Positions 1-9,235 of a DNA stretch of 64,000 bases are shown here, piece after piece. The notes beneath the pieces are model-generated. The model did no database searches and was not told where the DNA came from. It saw only the letters and a list, made by a program, of their open reading frames with translations. Each line of letters opens with the position of its first letter. The stretch's first letter is position 1. This DNA comes from Candidatus Bathyarchaeia archaeon (GTDB taxonomy: Archaea > Thermoproteota > Bathyarchaeia > Bathyarchaeales > DTEX01), in contig JAWBXB010000005.1 of the NCBI GenBank assembly GCA_038868075.1, positions 43,540-107,539 on the forward strand, in the 5' to 3' direction. Made by a program: the position numbers and the translations under genes.

Positions 1-159
1 CTTTTCGCTGCTGGAATGGCTGTTGCAGCAATAGACCAAACTCCACGCATGGGTCCAATCTTTGGTGGAATGCTCTTAAGCGGAGCAAAGGTGGCGCAGT
101 TAATCGCAAACAAAATTCTAGGAGGAAGCATGCGAAAAATAACACCTATTGACTTCTAA
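1..159 (+). CDS. thi4: Thiazole synthase Thi4, C-terminal fragment (gene begins upstream of the window)
   Basis: Frame 1 is open from base 1 to TAA at 157-159. It reads [35 protein letters not shown], which matches the conserved PRMGPxFGxM C-terminal block of Thi4-family enzymes (recalled, not searched). Confidence 0.6.
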   Translation, partial: LFAAGMAVAAIDQTPRMGPIFGGMLLSGAKVAQLIANKILGGSMRKITPIDF

Positions 160-259
160 GGGGAAATAAGGCGCTGGCAGAACAAATTGTCTCCTAAAAT
201 TTGTTTCCAAGATCCTCTCATCTGTACCTGTTTACCTATGTTTGGGCTAGGGATTAAAT

Positions 260-431
260 TTTTACTACCCAGCCATTTGCAGTAAATGGTTAGAGATATT
301 TACGCAAGGCGAAGTTTTCAAACTTAGTTGAGCTTTCTAACTTTTGGTTCGATACGTCCAAGAAGTAGAATGTTACATCTTTCACTAGGTGTCCATATCT
401 TTTGAGCCATTCTAATGGCTGGGTAGTAAAA
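260..431. repeat. 18-bp perfect inverted repeat pair bracketing about 136 bp (MITE-like or structured element)
   Basis: TTTTACTACCCAGCCATT at 260-277 is the exact reverse complement of AATGGCTGGGTAGTAAAA at 414-431. The region has no convincing ORF. Confidence 0.6.
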
Positions 432-758
432 TTCTCAGGGAATGTTTCCATAAGCGTACATTCAAACTGATGGCCACCATTCTCTCAGGATTTAGCGCAT
501 TTTTTCTACTTAACGGATAAGGTTGAGACAGCCCCTCGTAGAGTTACATTCTCGTATACGCACAATAGATGGTAAATTATTTTTTGTCACTGTTTTCTTT
601 AGTATGGAAGGGAATGTAACCGCCATCTATAGGTTTAATTATCCACCAACAGTATGGATAATACACGGATGTTCCCTATTAATTATCTTCCTATCCATTC
701 TCTCCCTTTCTCGGAAGCAATGAATGGAAAATTCATATCTCACACGGATCAATCCTTC

Positions 759-1201
759 TTATTCCAGGATACTATCAAAGACGATATCGGTTGAAATTAT
801 TGTGTGGTCCGGGACTTGGTTTAGGGCTGTGGCAGTGTAGTGGGCATCAAATATCGATTCTGAGATTATATTACATCACCAATAATATTAGAGCCAATAG
901 ATCTACTTCATATGTTGTCTCTAGGAAAATTAGATTTTGATAGAAGTTAGAGCCGCAAATCTGGTGATAGGTTCACTAGGGGAAACTCCCTCCTCTCTTG
1001 AAATATAGTATATCTCATGAAGACTTTCTGAAACGTAAACCGCGTCAATTTCTCCATTAATAATTTTTTGATATAACCTTTTTTTGACAACTAGCTTAAG
1101 CCAGTATCCCTCTTAATATAGGCATAAAGGATAGCGGTTTCTCCGGCAGCCTTCTCCGCTGAAATCTTCGCTCTCTCCTATCCTTCCTAGTTACTAATCA
1201 T
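759..1201 (-). pseudogene. PIN-domain (VapC-like) toxin remnant, broken by several frameshifts and stops
   Basis: Minus-strand pieces in different frames read GETAILYAYIKRDTGL, KKRLYQKIINGEIDAVYVSESLHEIYYISREEG and SIFDAHYTATALNQVPDHTIISTDIVFDSILE. They follow the PIN pattern (N-terminal acidic strand, central S/E, C-terminal D..A.A...T.D.F). The ATG overlaps the upstream stop as ATGA. Confidence 0.45.
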
Positions 1202-1345
1202 TTTCCTGCTTCTTCCTGAGACTTTTTAGGAAGTGGAACCAGGAAGAAAGAACCAGCTGGTATAATTGCCGCCTTAGTCTTCCTAACGCCTATTTTCTTT
1301 CGGAATAGTCATTCTCCCTCTTCTATCAACTTTAACTATTGCTAT
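1198..1345 (-). pseudogene. AbrB/SpoVT-type antitoxin (VapB-like) with one frameshift in an A-run
   Basis: The minus strand reads AIVKVDRRGRMTIPKE. After a +1 shift in AAAGAAAATA it continues KIGVRKTKAAIIPAGSFFLVPLPKKSQEEAGK*. The xVKVDxxGRxTIPKE motif is the AbrB swapped-hairpin signature. No canonical start codon is present (the frame opens at ATA). Confidence 0.45.
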
Positions 1346-1382
1346 ATTCTTTCATTATCCCATATATAGCATGATCAAAATT

Positions 1383-2180
1383 TTATTGTTTAATGTTGAG
1401 TTGAGCCCACTCCTCTATCCTATGTTGTGAGGTATAAATGTTCAAGCGTTTTCCCCTAGCAAATCCTATAAGGGTTAGGCCGAAAGCCTCTGCTATCCTC
1501 AAACCCATGCTTGTTGGGGCAGAAAGGGAGACTAAAACCGGTATTCCAATCTGAACAACCTTAATGACAACTTCCGAGGTGAGCCTACCAGTAGATGCAA
1601 GAAGCAATTCGCTGAAGCCCGCGCCTTTAATGGCGGCCTCACCAATCACTTTATCGATAGCATTATGTCTACCAATATCTTCAGCGAATGCTATAATCTC
1701 GCAATCTTCATTTATTAGGGCAGCAGAGTGTGTTCCTCCCGAAGCCCTAAAGATTGAGGCCCTAGAGTTTAATATTTCAACTGATTCAAAAATAGTTTTA
1801 ACACTAAATCTAATGTTGTTAAATCTAAGTTTTTGAGCAGCCTTAAATATGCTTGGCGAAGTAATTTTGCCGCTACAGAATGTTGTTATCAACTGAGTTT
1901 TATCTGGAGCATTAAAATACTTATCCTCGGATAACCTGACATGGACGTCTCTCCCAGAAAATTTCATTTCCAAAACGTCTTCAACTCTCTCAATTAAGCC
2001 CTCAGTTAAGAGGTATCCTACAACAAGCTCCTTAACCTGTGATGGGAGATGATGGAAAACCGCATAAAGACTTCCATTAATATGAAGCCTTGTTATTTCT
2101 TCGATGACTATAGAATCCCTTAAGCTCTCAAACTTTCCCTTAAGCTGATCGAACCTCAAGACCTCATGCTCAATGAGCAT
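1383..2180 (-). CDS. fdhD: FdhD sulfurtransferase (formate dehydrogenase accessory protein family)
   Basis: 265-aa ORF with the FdhD signature EDIGRHNAIDKVIG and a C-terminal SGRxSxE-like segment (STGRLTSEVV). Confidence 0.85.
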   Translation of the reverse strand: MLIEHEVLRFDQLKGKFESLRDSIVIEEITRLHINGSLYAVFHHLPSQVKELVVGYLLTEGLIERVEDVLEMKFSGRDVHVRLSEDKYFNAPDKTQLITTFCSGKITSPSIFKAAQKLRFNNIRFSVKTIFESVEILNSRASIFRASGGTHSAALINEDCEIIAFAEDIGRHNAIDKVIGEAAIKGAGFSELLLASTGRLTSEVVIKVVQIGIPVLVSLSAPTSMGLRIAEAFGLTLIGFARGKRLNIYTSQHRIEEWAQLNIKQ

Positions 2181-2246
2181 ATGTAGATCTCTCCATACTT
2201 TTCTACGTTAATTTTAATTGAATTTGGTCCGACTTATAACTTTGTT

Positions 2247-3290
2247 ATGTTTATAAAAGTCATCTTTATAAATAGTATTGATGAGATGGAGATGGAGACT
2301 GATAAACAGAGACCTAAGGCTTTAGTGCTGCTTTCAGGCGGCTTAGATAGCTTACTTGCTACAAGAATAATTTTAGACCAAGATGTTGATGTTGAGGCAG
2401 TCCACTTTATAACACCATTTTGTAGGTGTAGCCGCGACTCTGTAAGCAGAGCATCCAAAGATTTTGGCATAAAACTTCATACTATTTTCTTAGGTCAGGA
2501 GTTTCTTGATATTGTTGCTAATCCACCACATGGTTATGGAAGCCAAATGAATCCATGCATAGACTGTCGACTACTCATGTTTAGAAAGGCTAAGGAGCTA
2601 GCCGATAAGATAGGCGCTAGTTTTCTTGTAACCGGTGAGGTACTTGATGAGAGGCCGTTCTCCCAGAGATTTAAGACTATGCTTTTGATAGAGCGGAAGG
2701 CTGGGTTGGAGGGTAAAATCCTAAGGCCACTATCGGCTAAGCTGCTGCCGCCCACGGAGGCTGAAAGGATGGGCTGGGTTGATAGGAAGAAGCTATTGGC
2801 TATTAGAGGTAGAAGGAGAACACCGCAGATTGAGTTAGCCGTAAAATATGGTATAAAAGATTATCCGACCCCCTCGGGAGGGTGCCTACTAACTGACCCA
2901 GCATTCGCCCGCAGGATAAGAGACCATCTGAAACATGAAGGAAAATTAACACTGAAAGATGCTATTCTCCTAATGATTGGACGGCACTTCAGAATTAACG
3001 GTGTGAAAATTATAGTGGGAAGGAACATAGATGAGAACAATAGGCTTCTTTCAATAGCTGAGCAAAATCAAATACCATACTTAATGGTTAAGGAGTATAA
3101 GGGTCCAACCACCCTAATCATAGGTGAGGTAAACTCAGATATTGCAGAGAAAGCCGCGGCAATAACAATACGGTATTCTGATGCCCCGAAAAATGTTCCG
3201 GTAAATGTGCTTTATAAGGGGAAGGATAAGGAAATTGAGATTACCGCGATGGCTTTAGATGAGGAACAAATAAGCCGTCTCAGAATATGA
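2247..3290 (+). CDS. PP-loop ATP pyrophosphatase, ThiI/MnmA-like tRNA thiolation family
   Basis: Carries the SGGLDS PP-loop (LVLLSGGLDSLLA) and conserved Cys motifs (PFCRC, NPCIDCR). The likely true start is ATG 2286 (MEMETDKQRPKALVLLSGG). Confidence 0.65.
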   Translation: MFIKVIFINSIDEMEMETDKQRPKALVLLSGGLDSLLATRIILDQDVDVEAVHFITPFCRCSRDSVSRASKDFGIKLHTIFLGQEFLDIVANPPHGYGSQMNPCIDCRLLMFRKAKELADKIGASFLVTGEVLDERPFSQRFKTMLLIERKAGLEGKILRPLSAKLLPPTEAERMGWVDRKKLLAIRGRRRTPQIELAVKYGIKDYPTPSGGCLLTDPAFARRIRDHLKHEGKLTLKDAILLMIGRHFRINGVKIIVGRNIDENNRLLSIAEQNQIPYLMVKEYKGPTTLIIGEVNSDIAEKAAAITIRYSDAPKNVPVNVLYKGKDKEIEITAMALDEEQISRLRI

Positions 3291-3602
3291 GTTAAAACCA
3301 CATAGAATATGTAACTGTGTGATTAAAAAGAAAAAATTTGTTTGAAGAGCATCTAGTTCGGAGGACCGCAATCAGTTATTTTGTTCTCAGTCATTTTCAG
3401 TGTTACTGTTTTTCCAATCAATATTGTACGATTGAAAACAATCTATAGATGGCACGTTGAATAATATGGCAATATCCTAATTTATACGCCTTATAAAAAT
3501 GATCAATTATTTGCTGGCTTCCGAATATATTTCACATAAAAAGATTTAAGGCTAATTAATCTTTTTACCTAAGAGAGATAGCATTAAGGAGGAAGAACCG
3601 CG

Positions 3603-4535
3603 ATCTCCCAGCTAAATTTAGTTGAGAAAATTAAGAGACTAAAGCATGAGAAGAAAGCAATTATATTGGCGCACAATTACCAGCGCCCTGAAGTTCAAGA
3701 TATTGCTGACTTCGTTGGTGATAGCTTAGAATTATCTCTTTATGCAACACAAGTGGATGCGAAAATCATAGTCTTTTGCGGCGTTAATTTTATGGCTGAA
3801 ACCGCTGCGATAATGAATCCAGATAAAACTGTTCTCATACCAGATGCTAACGCATTATGCCCAATGGCGTCAATGCTTCCAGCAGATTTAGTGAAACTTT
3901 ATAAAAGGAAATATCCAAGGGCTAAAGTAGTTCTTTACATAAACAGTTTAGCGGAAGCTAAAGCTTACTGCGATGCTATATGTACATCCGCTAACGCTGC
4001 TGAAATCGTGAATAGGATGGATTCAGAAATTATACTGTTCGGCCCAGATGCAAATCTAGCTATGTATGCTCAAACAAAATCTGATAAAAAAGTGATACCT
4101 ATACCTCAATTTGGCTTCTGCCCAGTACACAAGCTGTTCAGCAGAGACAATATTATGCGCCTTAAACAAATACATCCAGACGCTGAGGTCATGGCTCATC
4201 CAGAGTGTGACCCAGAAATTTGGAGCGTATCTGATTTCATTGGAAGCACATCTAAAATGTATAGGGAGGCATTAACCTCTAAGGCGGGTAAGTTTATTGT
4301 TGCAACTGAAATAGGGCTATTGCACAGATTGAAGAGAGATAGAAAAGATGCAATCTTCATACCAGCCTACGATGAAGCCATATGTGTAAATATGAGGCTA
4401 CATACGCTCGAGAAAATCTACTTATGTTTGAGAGATGAGAAGTATAAAGTTAATTTACCGCAAAAAATAGTCTCAAAAGCTCGTAAGCCAATAGAATTCA
4501 TGTACATTTTAAAAACACGTGAAACTCAAAAATGA
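3603..4535 (+). CDS. nadA: Quinolinate synthase NadA
   Basis: Reads AIILAHNYQRPEVQDIADFVGDSLELS and has three spaced Cys (ALCPMA, GFCPVH, AICVNM), typical of NadA. The ORF-track start TTG 3666 would remove a conserved N-terminal helix. The frame is open from 3588, so I place the start at ATC 3603, 10 nt after GGAGG (see finding). Confidence 0.85.
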   Translation: MSQLNLVEKIKRLKHEKKAIILAHNYQRPEVQDIADFVGDSLELSLYATQVDAKIIVFCGVNFMAETAAIMNPDKTVLIPDANALCPMASMLPADLVKLYKRKYPRAKVVLYINSLAEAKAYCDAICTSANAAEIVNRMDSEIILFGPDANLAMYAQTKSDKKVIPIPQFGFCPVHKLFSRDNIMRLKQIHPDAEVMAHPECDPEIWSVSDFIGSTSKMYREALTSKAGKFIVATEIGLLHRLKRDRKDAIFIPAYDEAICVNMRLHTLEKIYLCLRDEKYKVNLPQKIVSKARKPIEFMYILKTRETQK

Positions 4536-4739
4536 ATTGATTTATTTGGGGAAAATACTATTTATAAGGCTGTTTTCTTAAATCAAGGTATGTTTTGGTC
4601 ATCGATTGTTTTGAGTACCCCTCAGTATCATGTGTGGAGCGAAACACTATTTTGTTTCAAGCATGTAAAAGTTTGCCATATTTATGAGTTTCAGAATTGT
4701 CTATCTCAAATGTGGAGAAGCCTTTGCTCTCACTAAATA

Positions 4740-4783
4740 ACTCATCAACAGTTTAATGGTTCAAAACAGAAATGTTGATGAGT
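4740..4783. repeat. 11-bp perfect inverted repeat (hairpin) in the nadA-downstream intergenic region
   Basis: ACTCATCAACA at 4740-4750 and TGTTGATGAGT at 4773-4783 are separated by a 22-nt loop. Confidence 0.6.
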
Positions 4784-4965
4784 AAAAGGTAAATATATGC
4801 CAGACATAGTTATCGCCACCTATACATCTTAAACGCTTGAACTTCAAGTCTCAGTAATTATGAGTAAAATTCTTCATATAATCTTTCGTGGAATCTTTCC
4901 ATTTAATATGAAACTTAACATATTTATATGCCTTAAATTAATATTATTTATCTTAGGGGATATAT

Positions 4966-5364
4966 ATGGCTATTCAAAGATTCAGGATAACACCTACAAG
5001 TAAGAGTGCACTATTTAGAGCTAAGAGATGGTTTTACTCAACGTTCTATACAAATGTTCCAGCTGATGTTAGAGAGGAGAATAAAAAGGTCTGGGTTGAT
5101 TTAGCCGCTAAGCTCGTTGAGGAAATAAATAGGCGTGGCGCTACCGATAAACCAGCGAGACTTACAATAAATTACGAAACTGGGCCACGTGGCGAGTTTA
5201 AGCCCCTTTCAGCAACCGTAGAACTAATGGAGATAAGGCCATTAGAAACCTTTATAATCTTCACTTCTAAGGAGGAGGAGAAAAAGAAATTAAAGACGGA
5301 GCTTGAGGAGCTGCTTAAGAGGGCAAGAGAACTTGGGATAAGTCTCGAGGAACTTGGAAAATAA
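4966..5364 (+). CDS. Hypothetical protein with a charged coiled-coil C-terminus
   Basis: 132-aa ORF with an ATG start preceded by GGGGA. I recognised no family. Confidence 0.55.
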   Translation: MAIQRFRITPTSKSALFRAKRWFYSTFYTNVPADVREENKKVWVDLAAKLVEEINRRGATDKPARLTINYETGPRGEFKPLSATVELMEIRPLETFIIFTSKEEEKKKLKTELEELLKRARELGISLEELGK

Positions 5365-5467
5365 ATTCAAATCTTGAATTTCCCCACCTTTATTTATAGT
5401 GTTGCTCTTAAAAATTATTTGAGACATAGTAAACCATTTAAATATAATCAGCGTTTATTTTAATCCG

Positions 5468-5743
5468 TTGGGTGAAAATATGTCCGAAAGGGAATTGAAA
5501 GAAGTTGGAAAAGTGACGCATTACTTTACTAAGATAGGTGTAGCTGTTGTTAGCCTAACAGATACTCTATCAGTTGGCGACAGAATTCTAATAAGAGGTT
5601 CATCAACCAATTTTGAACAAAATGTTGAGTCAATGCAAATAGAGCACAAAAATGTAAATGTTGCATATAGTGGGCAAAGCATAGGGCTTAAGGTAAATCA
5701 AAGGGTTAGAGAAGGTGACAGAGTCTACAAAATAATTCAATAA
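5468..5743 (+). CDS. Translation elongation factor-like small beta-barrel protein (EF-Tu domain 2-like)
   Basis: KVTHYFTKIGVAVVSLTDTLSVGDRILIRGSSTNFEQNVESMQIEHKNV matches the roughly 85-aa 'translation elongation factor-like protein' family as I recall it. The probable start is ATG 5480. Confidence 0.65.
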   Translation: MGENMSERELKEVGKVTHYFTKIGVAVVSLTDTLSVGDRILIRGSSTNFEQNVESMQIEHKNVNVAYSGQSIGLKVNQRVREGDRVYKIIQ

Positions 5744-5867
5744 AAACGATATCCTTATAGAAACTGGGAAAAACTTAGATAAGGTCTTTTGAATCATTAG
5801 ATTACTTTATAAGTATATTTTTTACCTTAACCACTATAATATAAGATGGGGTTTTTGCTGGGAGAAG

Positions 5868-7217
5868 ATGTTAATGAGCGAAAAATTACCCGGTTATAGA
5901 GGCTTGGCTTTAAGAACTCTTCTTGATATTGGAGCTGAGATTGGAGATCTAATACGCATAATTAAGGGGGATGTTATCTTAGAGGGAATTTTAATCCCCA
6001 GATCTAAATATGGTGATGATAGGCACATCGTGATAAAAATAAAATCTGGCTATAATATTGGAGTGGAAATTACGCCGACAACTAAAATAGAGCGGATTGG
6101 AGCAGAGACTAAGCCAGCATTTATTTCACCACCTCTACCCGAGCAAAAATCGAATCTACCGGTAGTTACTATTTTAGGTACTGGTGGAACAATAGCTAGC
6201 AGGGTTGATTACAGGACTGGTGCTGTTAGACCAGTCATTTCAGCCAGCGACTTATATAGTATTGTCCCAGAGCTATCTGACATAGCCGTTATCGAGACCG
6301 AGATACTCTTCAACATATTTAGTGAAGATTTAACACCAAAGCATTGGTCAGCTATGGCTGAGACTGTTGCTAAACATATTGCTAGAGGCGTTCAGGGCGT
6401 TGTCATAACTCATGGAACCGATATGATGGGATACTCTGCTGCGGCCCTAAGTTTTGCATTACAGAATCTGTCGGTTCCAGTGGTCTTTGTCGGCGCCCAA
6501 AGATCCGAAGATAGGCCTAGTTCTGATGCGGCTATGAATCTTATAGGTGCTGTTTTAGCTGCTTCAAGGGCACCCTTCGCTGAGGTTGTTGTAGCAATGC
6601 ATGAAACCCCATCAGATGATGCGATAGTTTTGCATAGGGGAACAAAGGTTAGGAAGTGTCACACGAGCCGTAGAGATGCCTTTAAAACTATAAATGCTAA
6701 GCCGCTTGCAAGAGTGCTTGATAATAATATTCAAATGTTGATAGATGATTATAGACCTAGAGACCCATCACGTAGTCTGATTTTGAAACCGTATTTTAGT
6801 GAAATGGCGACACTAATAAAATTTTATCCCGGCATGAACCCAAAGGTTATTGACTGGTATGTTTCTGAAGGTTATAGAGGTATTGTTTTAGAGGGTTCTG
6901 GTTTAGGGCATGTTCGTCGGGAATGTTTCCCAGCTATTAAGAGAGCTATTGAAAGTGGCGTAGTAGTTGCTATGACATCACAGTGTATTTGGGGGCGTGT
7001 TAACATGAACGTGTACTCTAATGGTAGAGATCTTTTAGCGATGGGCGTGATTCCGTTAGGTGATATGCTTGCTGAAACAGCCCTTGTCAAAATGATGTGG
7101 GCTTTAGCCCAAACTAAAGACCCTGAAGAAGTTAAAAGACTCTTATTAACAAATGTTGCGAATGAGTTCTCGGAGAGAACCGTTGAAAGCATCGAATTGC
7201 CAAGAATTATTAAGTAG
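5868..7217 (+). CDS. gatD: Glutamyl-tRNA(Gln) amidotransferase subunit D
   Basis: Asparaginase-type motif LGTGGTIASRVDYRTGAV and HGTDTM-like THGTDMMGY. It lies immediately upstream of gatE. Confidence 0.92.
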   Translation: MLMSEKLPGYRGLALRTLLDIGAEIGDLIRIIKGDVILEGILIPRSKYGDDRHIVIKIKSGYNIGVEITPTTKIERIGAETKPAFISPPLPEQKSNLPVVTILGTGGTIASRVDYRTGAVRPVISASDLYSIVPELSDIAVIETEILFNIFSEDLTPKHWSAMAETVAKHIARGVQGVVITHGTDMMGYSAAALSFALQNLSVPVVFVGAQRSEDRPSSDAAMNLIGAVLAASRAPFAEVVVAMHETPSDDAIVLHRGTKVRKCHTSRRDAFKTINAKPLARVLDNNIQMLIDDYRPRDPSRSLILKPYFSEMATLIKFYPGMNPKVIDWYVSEGYRGIVLEGSGLGHVRRECFPAIKRAIESGVVVAMTSQCIWGRVNMNVYSNGRDLLAMGVIPLGDMLAETALVKMMWALAQTKDPEEVKRLLLTNVANEFSERTVESIELPRIIK

Positions 7218-7229
7218 GAGGAAGGCATT

Positions 7230-9137
7230 TTGGGACTAAATTATTATGAGTTGGGGCTTAAAGTTGGCTTAGAATGCCACCAGCAGCTCGCAACACGTGA
7301 GAAACTTTTCTGTAAATGTAGGCCAGAACTCTTTAAGGGTGAGCCTGAAATACTATTCTTACGTAGATTAAGGCCGACGCAAAGTGAACTTGGTCAAATA
7401 GATCCGGCGGCATACTTTGAATTCCAGAAGGGTGTGAAGATACTTTATGAAGCAAATAGTGATACATCATGCCTTGTTGAAATGGATGAGGAGCCACCTC
7501 ATGAGCTTAATCCTGAAGCCTTGGAAATAGCACTGATGATAGCGTTAATGATGAATGCTAAACCAGTTAATGAAGTTTACGTTATGCGCAAAATAGTTAT
7601 AGATGGCTCAAATACAACTGGTTTTCAGAGGACATGCGTAGTTGCCTTAAATGGTTCAATAATTGTTGATGGAAAAATTGTGCCAATACAACATATAAGC
7701 CTTGAAGAGGATGCTGCAAGAAAGATGGGTGAAGAAGGTTCCATAATACGCTACAGGATTGACAGATTGGGTATACCATTAGTTGAAGTTACAACGGGAC
7801 CTGTAATAAATACGCCGGAAGAGGCTGAAAAAGTTGCTCTTGCCATAGGTAGAATATTGAGGTCTACGAGAAGGGTTAAGCGTGGAATTGGAACGATTAG
7901 GCAGGACTTAAATATATCCATTAAAGATGGAGCCTTAATTGAAATAAAGGGTGTGCAAGAGCTGGAGCTCGTATCCAAAGTTATTGAATATGAGGTTCAA
8001 AGACAATTGAACCTTCTGAAAATCCGTGATGAATTAAAGAGGCGTGGACTCAAAGATGAAGAATTGAAGGAAGAATTTGTTGATGTCACATCAATATTTA
8101 GGGAAACTAAATGTCACGTGCTTCAGAGGGCTATAAGCCAAGGAAAACCAGTATTAGCTGTCAAGTTGCCTAAATTCGCTGGTTTACTAGGCTTCGAAAT
8201 TATACCAGGTTTAAGATTCGGGAGCGAGCTTTCTGATAGAGCAAAATTTTGGGGTAGGGTTGGAGGCGTAATTCACAGCGATGAATTCCAGTTTTATAGT
8301 ATATCACGTGAGGAAATAGTTAAGTTAAAAAGCACAATGAATGCGACCGATGAAGATGCAATTGTTTTAGTTGCGGATAAAATTGAGAATGCAACTGATG
8401 CCTTAAAAGCTGTCGTTGAAAGAGCACGTGAAGCACTTAAAGGTGTTCCTGAGGAGACCCGTGCAGCAAACCCTGATGGAACAACAAGATATATGAGACC
8501 TAGGCCTGGAGCCGCTAGGATGTATCCTGAAACAGACGTCCCTCCAATAAAAATTACCGAGGAATATTTAAGGAGACTTAAGGAGAATTTGCCAGAGCAG
8601 CCTGAGGAGAGGATTAAGAATTTAATGAAAAAATATGGCATAAATGAGAAGCTTGCTAAGCAGCTTCTGGATTCTGAATATGATGAACTTTTTGAGACTA
8701 TTGTTAAAGAGACGGGCGTCATCCCAACGGTTGTTGCTGCAACGCTCACAGAAACATTTAAGGCTTTAAAACGTGAAGGTGTGAATATCGATGCTTTAAC
8801 TGATGGGCAAATAATTGATACTTTTAGGCTTGTGGGATCCGAGAAAACATCCAAAGAGGCTATACCTGAAATCATAAAGTGGTTAGCGAGGCATGAGGGT
8901 GCTGAGCCTATAGATGCTGTGAAGGAGCTCGGTTTAATGATGATCTCGGAGGAGGATCTTAAGATAATAGTAAATGAATATGCAAACAAGAATAGAGACT
9001 TAATCATAGAGAGAGGATTAGGTGCGCTTGGCGCTTTAATGGGCATAATTATGAAGGATCTTAGGGGGAGAGTTAAACCAGAAGTCGTAAATAGGATGCT
9101 AAAGGAAAAAATAATTGAGATCTCCAGAAAAGGCTAA
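7230..9137 (+). CDS. gatE: Glutamyl-tRNA(Gln) amidotransferase subunit E
   Basis: 635 aa with a GatB/E-like N-terminus (GLKVGLECHQQL) and a C-terminal YqeY-like tail. TTG start, 12 nt after gatD. Confidence 0.92.
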   Translation: MGLNYYELGLKVGLECHQQLATREKLFCKCRPELFKGEPEILFLRRLRPTQSELGQIDPAAYFEFQKGVKILYEANSDTSCLVEMDEEPPHELNPEALEIALMIALMMNAKPVNEVYVMRKIVIDGSNTTGFQRTCVVALNGSIIVDGKIVPIQHISLEEDAARKMGEEGSIIRYRIDRLGIPLVEVTTGPVINTPEEAEKVALAIGRILRSTRRVKRGIGTIRQDLNISIKDGALIEIKGVQELELVSKVIEYEVQRQLNLLKIRDELKRRGLKDEELKEEFVDVTSIFRETKCHVLQRAISQGKPVLAVKLPKFAGLLGFEIIPGLRFGSELSDRAKFWGRVGGVIHSDEFQFYSISREEIVKLKSTMNATDEDAIVLVADKIENATDALKAVVERAREALKGVPEETRAANPDGTTRYMRPRPGAARMYPETDVPPIKITEEYLRRLKENLPEQPEERIKNLMKKYGINEKLAKQLLDSEYDELFETIVKETGVIPTVVAATLTETFKALKREGVNIDALTDGQIIDTFRLVGSEKTSKEAIPEIIKWLARHEGAEPIDAVKELGLMMISEEDLKIIVNEYANKNRDLIIERGLGALGALMGIIMKDLRGRVKPEVVNRMLKEKIIEISRKG

Positions 9138-9235
9138 AAACAATGATCTTTTCTTAAAAATATCGAGTTAAAAAATAGCAGATTCTTATCACAAATGTTA
9201 TAAGGTTGAGATGGTAGAGAAAAATGGGATGACTC

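Noticed and set aside
523-723. 66-aa plus-strand ORF in the gene-poor left region
   Set aside because: It has no recognisable family and a hydrophobic, low-complexity composition. It lies in a region better explained by decayed minus-strand genes, so it is likely spurious.
8294-9046. 250-aa minus-strand ORF, with other long antisense ORFs at 6872..7228, 10017..10457, 10530..10958, 11251..11613, 15497..15865, 51239..51763 and 55286..55729
   Set aside because: Each lies entirely inside a strongly supported gene on the opposite strand (gatE, gatD, the wHTH genes, DUF763, pfkA, DUF1512). Their Ser/Leu/Pro-rich composition is typical of shadow frames.
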